Of a stretch of 64,000 nucleotides of DNA, positions 1-12,400 are shown piece after piece. Both the position numbers and the translations under genes were made by a program. The DNA lies in contig OZ024743.1 of NCBI GenBank assembly GCA_964016885.1, forward strand, positions 378,510,001 to 378,574,000, given 5' to 3'. The notes under the pieces are model-generated. The model saw only the letters and a list, made by a program, of their open reading frames with translations. It was not told where the DNA came from and searched no databases. This stretch comes from Eledone cirrhosa (lineage: Eukaryota). Position 1 is the first letter of the stretch, and each line of letters begins with the position of its first letter.

Positions 1-2460
1 TCTCTCTCTCTTGTGTAGGAGAAACTGGGGTAGTGGTGGGGGTGTAAACTCTCTCTCTCTAGTGTAAGAGAAACTGGGGTAGTGGTGGGGTGTAAATCTC
101 TCTGTCTCTCTCTAGTGTAGGAGAAACTGGGGTAGTGGTGGGGTGTAAAACTCTCTCTCTCTAGTGTAAGAGAAACTGGGGTAGTGGTGGGGTCTAAAAC
201 TCTCTCTCTCTAGTGTAAGAGAAACTGGGGTAGTGGTGGGGTGTAAAACTCTCTCTCTCTAGTGTAAGAGAAACTGGGGGTAGTGGTGGGGTGTAAAACT
301 CTCTCTCTCTAGTGTAAGAGAAACTGGGGTAGTGGTGGGGTGTAAAACTCTCTCTCTCTAGTGCAAGAGAAACTGGGGTAGTGGTGGGGTGTAAATCTCT
401 CTCTCTAGTGTAGGAGAAACTGGGGTAGTGGTAGGGTGTAAACTCTCTCTCTAGTGTAGGAGAAACTGGGGTAGTGGTGGGGTGTAAAACTCTCTCTCTA
501 GTGTAGGAGAAACTGGGGTAGTGGTGGGGGTGTAAAACTCTCTCTCTAGTGTAGGAGAAACTGGGGTAGTGGTGGGGTGTAAAACTCTCTCTCTAGTGTA
601 GAAGAAACTGGGGTAGTGGTGGGGTGTAAAACTCTCTCTCTAGTGTAGGAGAAACTGGGGGTAGTGGTGGGGTGTAAAACTCTCTCTCTAGTGTAGGAGA
701 AACTGGGGTAGTGGTGGGTTGTAAAACTCTCTCTCTAGTGTAGGAGAAACTGGGGTAGTGGTGGGGTGTAAAACTCTCTCTCTAGTGTAGGAGAAACTGG
801 GGTAGTGGTGGGGTGTAAAACTCTCTCTCTCTCTAGTGTAGGAGAAACTGGGGTAGTGGTGGGGTGTAAAACTCTCTCTCTCTCTCTAGTGTAGGAGAAA
901 CTGGGGTAGTGGTGGGGTGTAAAACTCTCTCTCTCTCTAGTGTATGAGAAACTGGGGTAGTGGTAGGGTGTAAAACTCTCTCTGTCTCTAGTGTAGTAGA
1001 AACTGGGGTAGTGGTCGGGGTGTAAAACTGTCTCTCTAGTGTAAGAGAAACTGGGGTAGTGGTGGGGTGTAAAACTCTCTCTCTCTAGTGTAAGAGAAAC
1101 TGGGGTAGTGGTGGGGTGTAAAACTCTCTCTCTCTAGTGTAAGAGAAACTGGGGTAGTGGTGGGGTGTAAAACTCTCTCTCTCTAGTGTAGGAGAAACTG
1201 GGGTAGTGGTGGGGTGTAAAACTCTCTCTCTCTAGTGTAAGAGAAATTAGGGTAGTGGTGGGGTGTAAAACTCTCTCTCTCTAGTGTAGAGAAACTGGGG
1301 TAGTGGTGGGGTGTAAAACTCTCTCTCTCTCTCTAGTGTAACAGAAACTGGGGTAGGTGGTGGGGTGTAAAACTCTCTCTCTCTCTCTTGTGTAGGAGAA
1401 ACTGGGGTAGTGGTGGGGTGTAAAACTCTCTCTCTCTAGTGTAAGAGAAACTGGGGTAGTGGTGGGGTGTAAATCTCTCTGTCTCTCTCTAGTGTAGGAG
1501 AAACTGGGGTAGTGGTGGGGTGTAAAACTCTCTCTCTCTAGTGTAAGAGAAACTGGGGTAGTGGTGGGGTCTAAAACTCTCTCTCTCTAGTGTAAGAGAA
1601 ACTGGGGTAGTGGTGGGGTGTAAAACTCTCTCTCTCTAGTGTAAGAGAAACTGGGGTAGTGGTGGGGTGTAAAACTCTCTCTCTCTAGTGTAAGAGAAAC
1701 TGGGGTAGTGGTGGGGTGTAAAACTCTCTCTCTCTAGTGCAAGAGAAACTGGGGTAGTGGTGGGGTGTAAATCTCTCTCTCTAGTGTAGGAGAAACTGGG
1801 GTAGTGGTAGGGTGTAAAACTCTCTCTCTAGTGTAGGAGAAACTGGGGTAGTGGTGGGGTGTAAAACTCTCTCTCTAGTGTAGGAGAAACTGGGGTAGTG
1901 GGTGGGTGTAAAACTCTCTCTCTAGTGTAGGAGAAACTGGGGTAGTGGTGGGGTGTAAAACTCTCTCTCTAGTGTAGAAGAAACTGGGGTAGTGGTGGGG
2001 TGTAAAACTCTCTCTCTAGTGTAGGAGAAACTGGGGGTAGTGGTGGGGTGTAAAACTCTCTCTCTAGTGTAGGAGAAACTGGGGTAGTGGTGGGGTGTAA
2101 AACTCTCTCTCTAGTGTAGGAGAAACTGGGGTAGTGGTGGGGTGTAAAACTCTCTCTCTAGTGTAGGAGAAACTGGGGTAGTGGTGGGGTGGTAAAACTC
2201 TCTCTCTCTCTCTAGTGTAGGAGAAACTGGGGTAGTGGTGGGGTGTAAAACTCTCTCTCTCTCTCTAGTGTAGGAGAAACTGGGGTAGTGGTGGGGTGTA
2301 AAACTCTCTCTCTCTCTCTAGTGTATGAGAAACTGGGGTAGTGGTGGGGTGTAAAACTCTCTCTGTCTCTAGTGTAGTAGAAACTGGGGTAGTGGTCGGG
2401 TGTAAAACTGTCTCTCTAGTGTAAGAGAAACTGGGGTAGTGGTGGGGTGTAAAACTCTCT
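1..2460 (+). repeat. ~1.38-kb tandem duplication (~28 monomers) in array A
   Basis: Rare variants recur at an offset of ~1376-1381: CTTGTG ~11/~1388, GTGCAAG 364/1740, GTAGAAG ~600/~1977, TGTATGAG 941/2322, GGTCGGG ~1015/~2395. Confidence 0.85.
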
Positions 2461-5400
2461 GTCTCACTCTAGTGTAGGAGAAACTGGGGTAGTGGTGGGG
2501 TGTAAAACTCTCTCTCTCTCTCTAGTGTAGGAGAAACTGGGGTAGTGGTGGGGTGTAAAACTCTCTCTCTCTCTCTAGTGTAGGAGAAACTGGGGTAGTG
2601 GTGGGGTGTAAAACTCTCTGTCTCTCTCTAGTGTAGGAGAAACTGGGGTAGTGGTGGCGTGTAAAACTCTCTCTCTCTCTCTAGTGTAGGAGAAACTGGG
2701 GTAGTGGTGGGGGTGTAAAACTCTCTGTCTCTCTCTAGTGTAGGAGAAACTGGGGTAGTGGTGGGGTGTAAAACTCTCTCTCTCTCTCTAGTGTAGGAGA
2801 AACTGGGGTAGTGGTGGGGTGTAATACTCTCTCTCTAGTGTAAGAGAAACTGGGTAGTGGTGGGGTGTAAAAGTCTCTGTCTCTCTCTAGTGTAGGAGAA
2901 ACTGGGGTAGTGGTGGGGTGTAAAACTCTCTCTCTCTAGTGTAAGAGAAACTGGGGTAGTGGTGGGGTGTAAAACTCTCTGTCTCTCTCTAGTGTAGGAG
3001 AAACTGGGGTAGTGGTGGGGTGTAAAACTCTCTCTCTCTAGTGTATGAGAAACTGGGGTAGTGGTGGGGTGTAAAAGTCTCTGTCTCTCTCTAGTGTAGG
3101 AGAAACTGGGGTAGGGGTGGGGTGTAAAACTCTCTCTCTCTAGTGTAAGAGAAACTGGGGTAGTGGTGGGGTGTAAAACTCTCTCTCTCTAGTGTAGGAG
3201 AAACTGGGGTAGTGGTGGGGTGTAAAACTCTCTCTCTCTAGTGTAGGAGAAACTGGGGTAGTGGTGGGGTGTAAAACTCTCTCTCTCTAGTGTAGGAGAA
3301 ACTGGGGTAGTGGTGGGGTGTAAAACTCTCTCTCTCTAGTGTAGGAGAAACTGGGGTAGTGGTGGGGTGTAAAACTCTCTCTCTCTAGTGTAGGAGAAAC
3401 TGGGGTAGTGGTGGGGTGTAAAACTCTCTCTCTCTAGTGTAGGAGAAACTGGGGTAGTGGTGGGGTGTAAAACTCTCTCTCTCTAGTGTAAGAGAAACTG
3501 GGGTAGTGGTGGGGTGTAAAACTCTCTCTCTCTAGTGTAAGAGAAACTGGGGTAGTGGTGGGCTGTAAAACTCTCTGTCTCTCTCTAGTGTAGGAGAAAC
3601 TGGGGTAGTGGTGGGGTGTAAAACTCTCTCTCTCTAGTGTAAGAGAAACTGGGGTAGTGGTGGGGTGTAAAACTCTCTCTCTCTCTAGTGTAAGAGAAAC
3701 TGGGGTAGTGGTGGGTGTAAAACTCTCTCTCTCTCTAGTGTAAGAGAAACTGGGGTAGTGGTGGGGTGTAAAACTCTCTCTCTCTAGTGTAAGAGAAACT
3801 GGGGTAGTGGTATGGTGTAAAACTCTCTATCTCTAGTGTAAGAGAAACTGGGGTAGTGGTGGGGTGTAAAACTCTCTCTCTCTCTAGTGTAAGAGAAACT
3901 GGGGTAGTGGTGGGGTGTAAAACTGTCTCTCTCTATTGTAGGAGAAACTGGGGTAGTGGTGGGGTGTAAAGTCTCTCTCTCTCTCTATTGTAGGAGAAAC
4001 TGGGGTAGTGGTGGGGTGTAAAACTCTCTCTCTCTAGTGTAAGAGAAACTGGGGTAGTGGTGGGGTGTAAAACTCTCTCTCTCTAGTGTAAGAGAAACTG
4101 GGGTAGTGGTGGGGTGTAAAACTCTCTCTCTCTAGTGTAAGAGAAACTGGGATAGTGGTGGGGTGTAAAACTCTCTCTCTCTAGTGTAAGAGAAACTGGG
4201 GTAGTGGTGGGGTGTAAAACTCTCTCTCTCTCTCTAGTGTAAGAGAAACTGGGGTAGTGGTGGGGTGTAAAACTCTCTCTCTCTCTCTAGTGTAAGAGAA
4301 ACTGGGGTAGTGGTGGGGTGTAAAACTCTCTCTCTCTAGTGTAAGAGAAACTGGGGTAGTGGTGGGGTGTAAAACTCTCTCTCTCTCTCTAGTGTAAGAG
4401 AAACTGGGGTAGTGGTGGGGTGTAAAACTCTCTCTCTCTCTCTAGTGTAAGAGAAACTGGGGTAGTGGTGGGGTGTAAAACTCTCTCTCTCTCTCTAGTG
4501 TAAGAGAAACTGGGGTAGTGGTGGGGTGTAAAACTCTCTCTCTCTAGTGTAAGAGAAACTGGGGTAGTGGTGGGGTGTAAAACTCTCTCTCTCTAGTGTA
4601 AGAGAAACTGGGGTAGTGGTGGGGTGTAAAACTCTCTCTCTCTCTCTAGTGTAAGAGAAACTGGGGTAGTGGTGGGGTGTAAAACTCTCTCTCTCTAGTG
4701 TAGGAGAAACTGGGGTAGTGGTGGGGTGTAAAACTCTCTCTCTCTAGTGTAGGAGAAACTGGGGTAGTGGTGGGGTGTAAAACTCTCTCTCTCTAGTGTA
4801 AGAGAAACTGGGGTAGTGGTGGGGTGTAAAACTCTCTCTCTCTCGCTAGTGTAAGAGAAACTGGGGTAGTGGTGGGGTGTAAAACTCTCTCTCTCTAGTG
4901 TAGGAGAAACTGGGGTAGTGGTGGGGTGTAAAACTCTCTCTCTCTAGTGTAAGAGAAACTGGGGTAGTGGTGGGGTGTAAAACTCTCTCTCTCTAGTGTA
5001 AGAGAAACTGGGGTAGTGGTGGGGTGTAAAACTCTCTCTCTCTAGTGTAGGAGAAACTGGGGTAGTGGTGGGGTGTAAAACTCTCTCTCTCTAGTGTAAG
5101 AGAAACTGGGGTAGTGGTGGGGTGTAAAACTCTCTCTCTCTAGTGTAAGAGAAACTGGGGTAGTGGTGTGGTGTAAAACTCTCTCTCTCTAGTCTAAGAG
5201 AAACTGGGGTAGTGGTGGGGTGTAAAACTCTCTCTCTCTAGTGTAGGAGAAACTGGGGTAGTGGTGGGGTGTAAAACTCTCTCTCTCTAGTGTAAGAGAA
5301 ACTGGGGTAGTGGTGGGGTGTAAAACTCTCTCTCTCTAGTGTAAGAGAAACTGGGGTAGTGGTGGGGTGTAAAACTCTTTCTCTCTCTCTAGTGTAAGAG

Positions 5401-5519
5401 AAACTGGGGTAGTGGTGGGGTGTAAAACTCTCTCTCTCTCTCTAGTGTAGGAGAAACTGGGGTAGTGGTGGGGTGTAAAACTCTCTCTCTCTAGTGTAGG
5501 AGAAACTGGGGTAGTGGTG

Positions 5520-8500
5520 GGGTGTAAAACTCTCTCTCTCTAGTGTAAGAGAAACTGGGGTAGTGGTGGGGTGTAAATCTCTCTGTCTCTCTCTAGTGTA
5601 GGAGAAACTGGGGTAGTGGTGGGGTGTAAAACTCTCTCTCTCTAGTGTAAGAGAAACTGGGGTAGTGGTGGGGTGTAAAACTCTCTCTCTCTAGTGTAAG
5701 AGAAACTGGGGTAGTGGTGGGGTGTAAAACTCTCTCTCTCTAGTGTAAGAGAAACTGGGGTAGTGGTGGGGTGTAAAACTCTCTCTCTCTAGTGTAAGAG
5801 AAACTGGGGTAGTGGTGGGGTGTAAAACTCTCTCTCTCTAGTGTAAGAGAAACTGGGGTAGTGGTGGGGTGTAAATCTCTCTCTCTAGTGTAGGAGAAAC
5901 TGGGGTAGTGGTGGGGTGTAAAACTCTCTCTCTAGTGTAGGAGAAACTGGGGTAGTGGTGGGGTGTAAAACTCTCTCTCTAGTGTAGGAGAAACTGGGGT
6001 AGTGGTGGGGTGTAAAACTCTCTCTCTAGTGTAGGAGAAACTGGGGTAGTGGTGGGGTTTTAAAAACTCTCTCTCTAGTGTAGGAGAAACTGGGGTAGTG
6101 GTGGGGTGTAAAACTCTCTCTCTAGTGTAGAAGAAACTGGGGTAGTGGTGGGGTGTAAAACTCTCTCTCTAGTGTAGGAGAAACTGGGGGTAGTGGTGGG
6201 GTGTAAAACTCTCTCTCTAGTGTAGGAGAAACTGGGGTAGTGGTGGGGTGTAAAACTCTCTCTCTAGTGTAGGAGAAACTGGGGTAGTGGTGGGGTGTAA
6301 ATCTCTCTCTCTCTCTAGTGTAGGAGAACTGGGGTAGTGGTGGGGTGTAAAACTCTCTCTCTAGTGTAGGAGAAACTGGGGTAGTGGTGGGGTGTAAAAC
6401 TCTCTCTCTAGTGTAGGAGAAACTGGGGTAGTGGTGGGGTGTAAAACTCTCTCTCTCTCTCTAGTGTAGGATAACTGGGGTAGTGGTGGGGTGTAAAACT
6501 CTCTCTCTCTCTCTAGTGTAGGAGAAACTGGGGTAGTGGTGGGGTGTAAAACTCTCTGTCTCTCTCTAGTGTAGGAGAAACTGGGGTAGTGGTGGCGTGT
6601 AAAACTCTCTCTCTCTCTCTAGTGTAGGAGAAACTGGGGTAGTGGTGGGGTGTCAAACTCTCTGTCTCTCTCTAGTGTAGGAGAAACTGGGGTAGTGGTG
6701 GGGTGTAAAACTCTCTCTCTCTCTCTAGTGTAGGAGAAACTGGGGTAGTGGTGGAGTGTAAAACTCTCTCTCTCTAGTGTAAGAGAAACTGGGTAGTGGT
6801 GGGGTGTAAAACTCTCTCTCTCTCTAGTGTAGGAGAAACTGGGGTAGTGGTGGGGTGTAAAACTCTCTCTCTCTAGTGTAAGAGAAACTGGGGTAGTGGT
6901 GGGGTGTAAAATTCTCTGTCTCTCTCTAGTGTAGGAGAAACTGGGGTAGTGGTGGGGTGTAAAACTCTCTCTCTCTAGTGTAAGAGAAACTGGGTAGTGG
7001 TGGGGTGTAAAAGTCTATGTCTCTCTCTAGTGTAGGAGAAACTGGGGTAGGGGTGGGGTGTAAAACTCTCTCTCTCTAGTGTAAGAGAAACTGGGGTAGT
7101 GGTGGGGTGTAAAACTCTCTCTCTCTAGTGTAGGAGAAACTGGGGTAGTGGTGGGGTGTAAAACTCTCTCTCTCTAGTGTAGGAGAAACTGGGGTAGTGG
7201 TGGGGTGTAAAACTCTCTCTCTCTAGTGTAGGAGAAACTGGGGTAGTGGTGGGGTGTAAAACTCTCTCTCTCTAGTGTAAGAGAAACTGGGTAGTGGTGG
7301 GGTGTAAAAGTCTCTGTCTCTCTCTAGTGTAAGAGAAACTGGGGTAGTGGTGGGGTGTAAAACTCTCTCTCTCTAGTGTAAGAGAAACTGGGGTAGTGGT
7401 GGGGTGTAAAACTCTCTCTCTCTAGTGTAAGAGAAACTGGGGTAGTGGTGGGGTGTAAAACTCTCTCTCTCTAGTGTAAGAGAAACTGGGGTAGTGGTGG
7501 GGTGTAAATCTCTCTGTCTCTCTCTAGTGTAGGAGAAACTGGGGTAGTGGTGGGGTGTAAAACTCTCTCTCTCTAGTGTAAGAGAAACTGGGGTAGTGGT
7601 GGGGTGTAAAACTCTCTCTCTCTAGTGTAAGAGAAACTGGGGTAGTGGTGGGGTGTAAAACTCTCTCTCTCTAGTGTAAGAGAAACTGGGGTAGTGGTGG
7701 GGTGTAAAACTCTCTCTCTCTAGTGTAAGAGAAACTGGGGTAGTGGTGGGGTGTAAAACTCTCTCTCTCTAGTGTAAGAGAAACTGGGGTAGTGGTGGGG
7801 TGTAAATCTCTCTCTCTAGTGTAGGAGAAACTGGGGTAGTGGTGGGGTGTAAAACTCTCTCTCTAGTGTAGGAGAAACTGGGGTAGTGGTGGGGTGTAAA
7901 ACTCTCTCTCTAGTGTAGGAGAAACTGGGGTAGTGGTGGGGTGTAAAACTCTCTCTCTAGTGTAGGAGAAACTGGGGTAGTGGTGGGGTTTTAAAACTCT
8001 CTCTCTAGTGTAGGAGAAACTGGGGTAGTGGTGGGGTGTAAAACTCTCTCTCTAGTGTAGAAGAAACTGGGGTAGTGGTGGGGTGTAAAACTCTCTCTCT
8101 AGTGTAGGAGAAACTGGGGGTAGTGGTGGGGTGTAAAACTCTCTCTCTAGTGTAGGAGAAACTGGGGTAGTGGTGGGGTGTAAAACTCTCTCTCTAGTGT
8201 AGGAGAAACTGGGGTAGTGGTGGGGTGTAAATCTCTCTCTCTCTCTAGTGTAGGAGAACTGGGGTAGTGGTGGGGTGTAAAACTCTCTCTCTAGTGTAGG
8301 AGAAACTGGGGTAGTGGTGGGGTGTAAAACTCTCTCTCTAGTGTAGGAGAAACTGGGGTAGTGGTGGGGTGTAAAATTCTCTCTCTCTCTCTAGTGTAGG
8401 ATAACTGGGGTAGTGGTGGGGTGTAAAACTCTCTCTCTCTCTCTAGTGTAGGAGAAACTGGGGTAGTGGTGGGGTGTAAAACTCTCTGTCTCTATCTAGT

Positions 8501-9400
8501 GTAGGAGAAACTGGGGTAGTGGTGGCGTGTAAAACTCTCTCTCTCTCTCTAGTGTAGGAGAAACTGGGGTAGTGGTGGGGTGTCAAACTCTCTGTCTCTC
8601 TCTAGTGTAGGAGAAACTGGGGTAGTGGTGGGGTGTAAAACTCTCTCTCTCTCTCTAGTGTAGGAGAAACTGGGGTAGTGGTGGGGTGTAAAACTCTCTC
8701 TCTCTAGTGTAAGAGAAACTGGGTAGTGGTGGGGTGTAAAACTCTCTCTCTCTCTAGTGTAGGAGAAACTGGGGTAGTGGTGGGGTGTAAAACTCTCTCT
8801 CTCTAGTGTAAGAGAAACTGGGGTAGTGGTGGGGTGTAAAATTCTCTGTCTCTCTCTAGTGTAGGAGAAACTGGGGTAGTGGTGGGGTGTAAAACTCTCT
8901 CTCTCTAGTGTAAGAGAAACTGGGTAGTGGTGGGGTGTAAAAGTCTATGTCTCTCTCTAGTGTAGGAGAAACTGGGGTAGGGGTGGGGTGTAAAACTCTC
9001 TCTCTCTAGTGTAAGAGAAACTGGGGTAGTGGTGGGGTGTAAAACTCTCTCTCTCTAGTGTAGGAGAAACTGGGGTAGTGGTGGGGTGTAAAACTCTCTC
9101 TCTCTAGTGTAGGAGAAACTGGGGTAGTGGTGGGGTGTAAAACTCTCTCTCTCTAGTGTAGGAGAAACTGGGGTAGTGGTGGGGTGTAAAACTCTCTCTC
9201 TCTAGTGTAAGAGAAACTGGGTAGTGGTGGGGTGTAAAAGTCTCTGTCTCTCTCTAGTGTAAGAGAAACTGGGGTAGTGGTGGGGTGTAAAACTCTCTCT
9301 CTCTAGTGTAAGAGAAACTGGGGTAGTGGTGGGGTGTAAAACTCTCTCTCTCTAGTGTAAGAGAAACTGGGGTAGTGGTGGGGTGTAAAACTCTCTCTCT
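5520..9400 (+). repeat. 1930-bp tandem duplication (~39 monomers) in array A
   Basis: Offset of exactly 1930: AAGAAACTGG 6131/8061, ATAACTGGGG 6471/8401, TGTCAAACTC 6651/8581, AAGTCTATGT 7011/8941. The copies differ by only a few substitutions. Confidence 0.9.
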
Positions 9401-12400
9401 CTAGTGTAAGAGAAACTGGGGTAGTGGTGGGGTGTAAATCTCTCTCTCTAGTGTAGGAGAAACTGGGGTAGTGGTGGGGTGTAAAACTCTCTCTCTAGTG
9501 TAGGAGAAACTGGGGTAGTGGTGGGGTGTAAAACTCTCTCTCTAGTGTAGGAGAAACTGGGGTAGTGGTGGGGTGTAAAACTCTCTCTCTAGTGTAGGAG
9601 AAACTGGGGTAGTGGTGGGGTGTAAAACTCTCTCTCTAGTGTAGGAGAAACTGGGGTAGTGGTGGGGTGTAAAACTCTCTCTCTAGTGTAGAAGAAACTG
9701 GGGTAGTGGTGGGGTGTAAAACTCTCTCTCTAGTGTAGGAGAAACTGGGGGTAGTGGTGGGGTGTAAAACTCTCTCTCTAGTGTAGGAGAAACTGGGGTA
9801 GTGGTGGGGTGTAAAACTCTCTCTCTAGTGTAGGAGAAACTGGGGTAGTGGTGGGGTGTAAAACTCTCTCTCTAGTGTAGGAGAAACTGGGGTAGTGGTG
9901 GGGTGTAAAACTCTCTCTCTCTCTCTAGTGTAGGAGAAACTGGGGTAGTGGTGGGGTGTAAAACTCTCTCTCTCTCTCTAGTGTAGGAGAACTGGGGTAG
10001 TGGTGGGGTGTAAAACTCTCTCTCTCTCTCTAGTGTAGGAGAAACTGGGGTAGTGGTGGGGTGTAAAACTCTCTGTCTCTCTCTAGTGTAGAAGAAACTG
10101 GGGTAGTGGTGGCGTGTAAAACTCTCTCTCTCTCTCTATTGTAGGAGAAACTGGGGTAGTGGTGGGGTGTCAAACTCTCTGTCTCTCTCTAGTGTAGGAG
10201 AAACTGGGGTAGTGGTGGGGTGTAAAACTCTCTCTCTCTCTCTAGTGTAGGAGAAACTGGGGTAGTGGTGGGGTGTAAAACTCTCTCTCTCTAGTGTAAG
10301 AGAAACTGGGTAGTGGTGGGGTGTAAAACTCTCTCTCTCTCTAGTGTAGGAGAAACTGGGGTAGTGGTGGGGTGTAAAACTCTCTCTCTCTAGTGTAAGA
10401 GAAACTGGGGTAGTGGTGGGGTGTAAAATTCTCTGTCTCTCTCTAGTGTAGGAGAAACTGGGGTAGTGGTGGGGTGTAAAACTCTCTCTCTCTAGTGTAA
10501 GAGAAACTGGGTAGTGGTGGGGTGTAAAAGTCTCTGTCTCTCTCTAGTGTAGGAGAAACTGGGGTAGCGGTGGGGTGTAAAACTCTCTCTCTCTAGTGTA
10601 AGAGAAACTGGGGTAGTGGTGGGGTGTAAAACTCTCTCTCTCTAGTGTAGGAGAAACTGGGGTAGTGGTGGGGTGTAAAACTCTCTCTCTCTAGTGTAGG
10701 AGAAACTGGGGTAGTGGTGGGGTGTAAAACTCTCTCTCTCTAGTGTAGGAGAAACTGGGGTAGTGGTGGGGTGTAAAACTCTCTCTCTCTAGTGTAGGAG
10801 AAACTGGGGTAGTGGTGGGGTGTAAAACTCTCTCTCTCTAGTGTAGGAGAAACTGGGGTAGTGGTGGGGTGTAAAACTCTCTCTCTCTAGTGTAGGAGAA
10901 ACTGGGGTAGTGGTGGGGTGTAAAACTCTCTCTCTCTAGTGTAAGAGAAACTGGGGTAGTGGTGGGTTGTAAAACTCTCTGTCTCTCTCTAGTGTAGGAG
11001 AAACTGGTGTAGTGGTGGGGTGTAAAACTCTCTCTCTCTAGTGTAAGAGAAACTGGGGTAGTGGTGGGGTGTAAAACTCTCTCTCTCTCTAGTGTAAGAG
11101 AAACTGGGGTAGTGGTGGGGTGTAAAACTCTCTCTCTCTCTCTAGTGTAAGAGAAACTGGGGTAGTGGTGGGGTGTAAAACTCTCTCTCTCTACTGTAAG
11201 AGAAACTGGGGTAGTGGTGGGGTGTAAAACTCTCTCTCTCTAGTGTAAGAGAAACTGGGGTAGTGGTGGGGTGTAAAACTCTCTCTCTCTCTAGTGTAAG
11301 AGAAACTGGGGTAGTGGTGGGGTGTAAAACTCTCTCTCTCTATTGTAGGAGAAACTGGGGTAGTGGTGGGGTGTAAACTCTCTCTCTCTCTCTATTGTAG
11401 GAGAAACTGGGGTAGTGGTGGGGTGTAAAACTCTCTCTCTCTAGTGTAAGAGAAACTGGGGTAGTGGTGGGGTGTAAAACTCTCTCTCTCTAGTGTAAGA
11501 GAAACTGGGGTAGTGGTGGGGTGTAAAACTCTCTCTCTCTAGTGTAAGAGAAACTGGGGTAGTGGTGGGGTGTAAAACTCTCTCTCTCTAGAGTAAGAGA
11601 AACTGGGGTAGTGGTGGGGTGTAAAACTCTCTCTCTCTAGTGTAAGAGAAACTGGGGTAGTGGTGGGGTGTAAAACTCTCTCTCTCTAGTGTAAGAGAAA
11701 CTGGGGTAGTGGTGGGGTGTAAAACTCTCTCTCTCTAGTGTAAGAGAAACTGGGGTAGTGGTGGGGTTTAAAACTCTCTCTCTCTCTAGTGTAAGAGAAA
11801 CTGGGGTAGTGGTGGGGTGTAAAACTCTCTCTCTCTCTCTAGTGTAGGAGAGACTGGGGTAGTGGTGGGGTGTAAAACTCTCTCTCTCTAGTGTAAGAGA
11901 AACTGGGGTAGTGGTGGGGTGTAAAACCCTCTCTCTCTAGTGTAAGAGAAACTGGGGTAGTGGTGGGGTGTAAAACTCTCTCTCTCTAGTGTAAGAGAAA
12001 CTGGGGTAGTGGTGGGGTGTAAAACTCTCTCTCTCTCTAGTGTAAGAGAAACTGGGGTAGTGGTGGGGTGTAAAACTCTCTCTCTCTCTCTAGTGTAGGA
12101 GAGACTGGGGTAGTGGTGGGGTGTAAAACTCTCTCTCTCTAGTGTAAGAGAATCTGGGGTAGTGGTGGGGTGTAAAACTCTCTCTCTCTAGTGTAAGAGA
12201 AACTGGGGTAGTGGTGGGGTGTAAAACTCTCTCTCTCTAGTGTAAGAGAAACTGGGGTAGTGGTGGGGTGTAAAACTCTCTCTCTCTAGTGTAAGAGAAA
12301 CTGGGGTAGTGGTGGGGTGTAAAACTCTCTCTCTCTAGTGTAAGAGAAACTGGGGTAGTGGTGGGATGTAAAACTCTCTCTCTCTAGTGTAAGAGAAACT

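Noticed and set aside
1-2250. Single-base length variants in G and A runs near the window start (for example GGGGG or AAA monomers differing between the 1.38-kb copies)
   Set aside because: Homopolymer indels not shared between duplicate copies are most simply sequencing or consensus errors.
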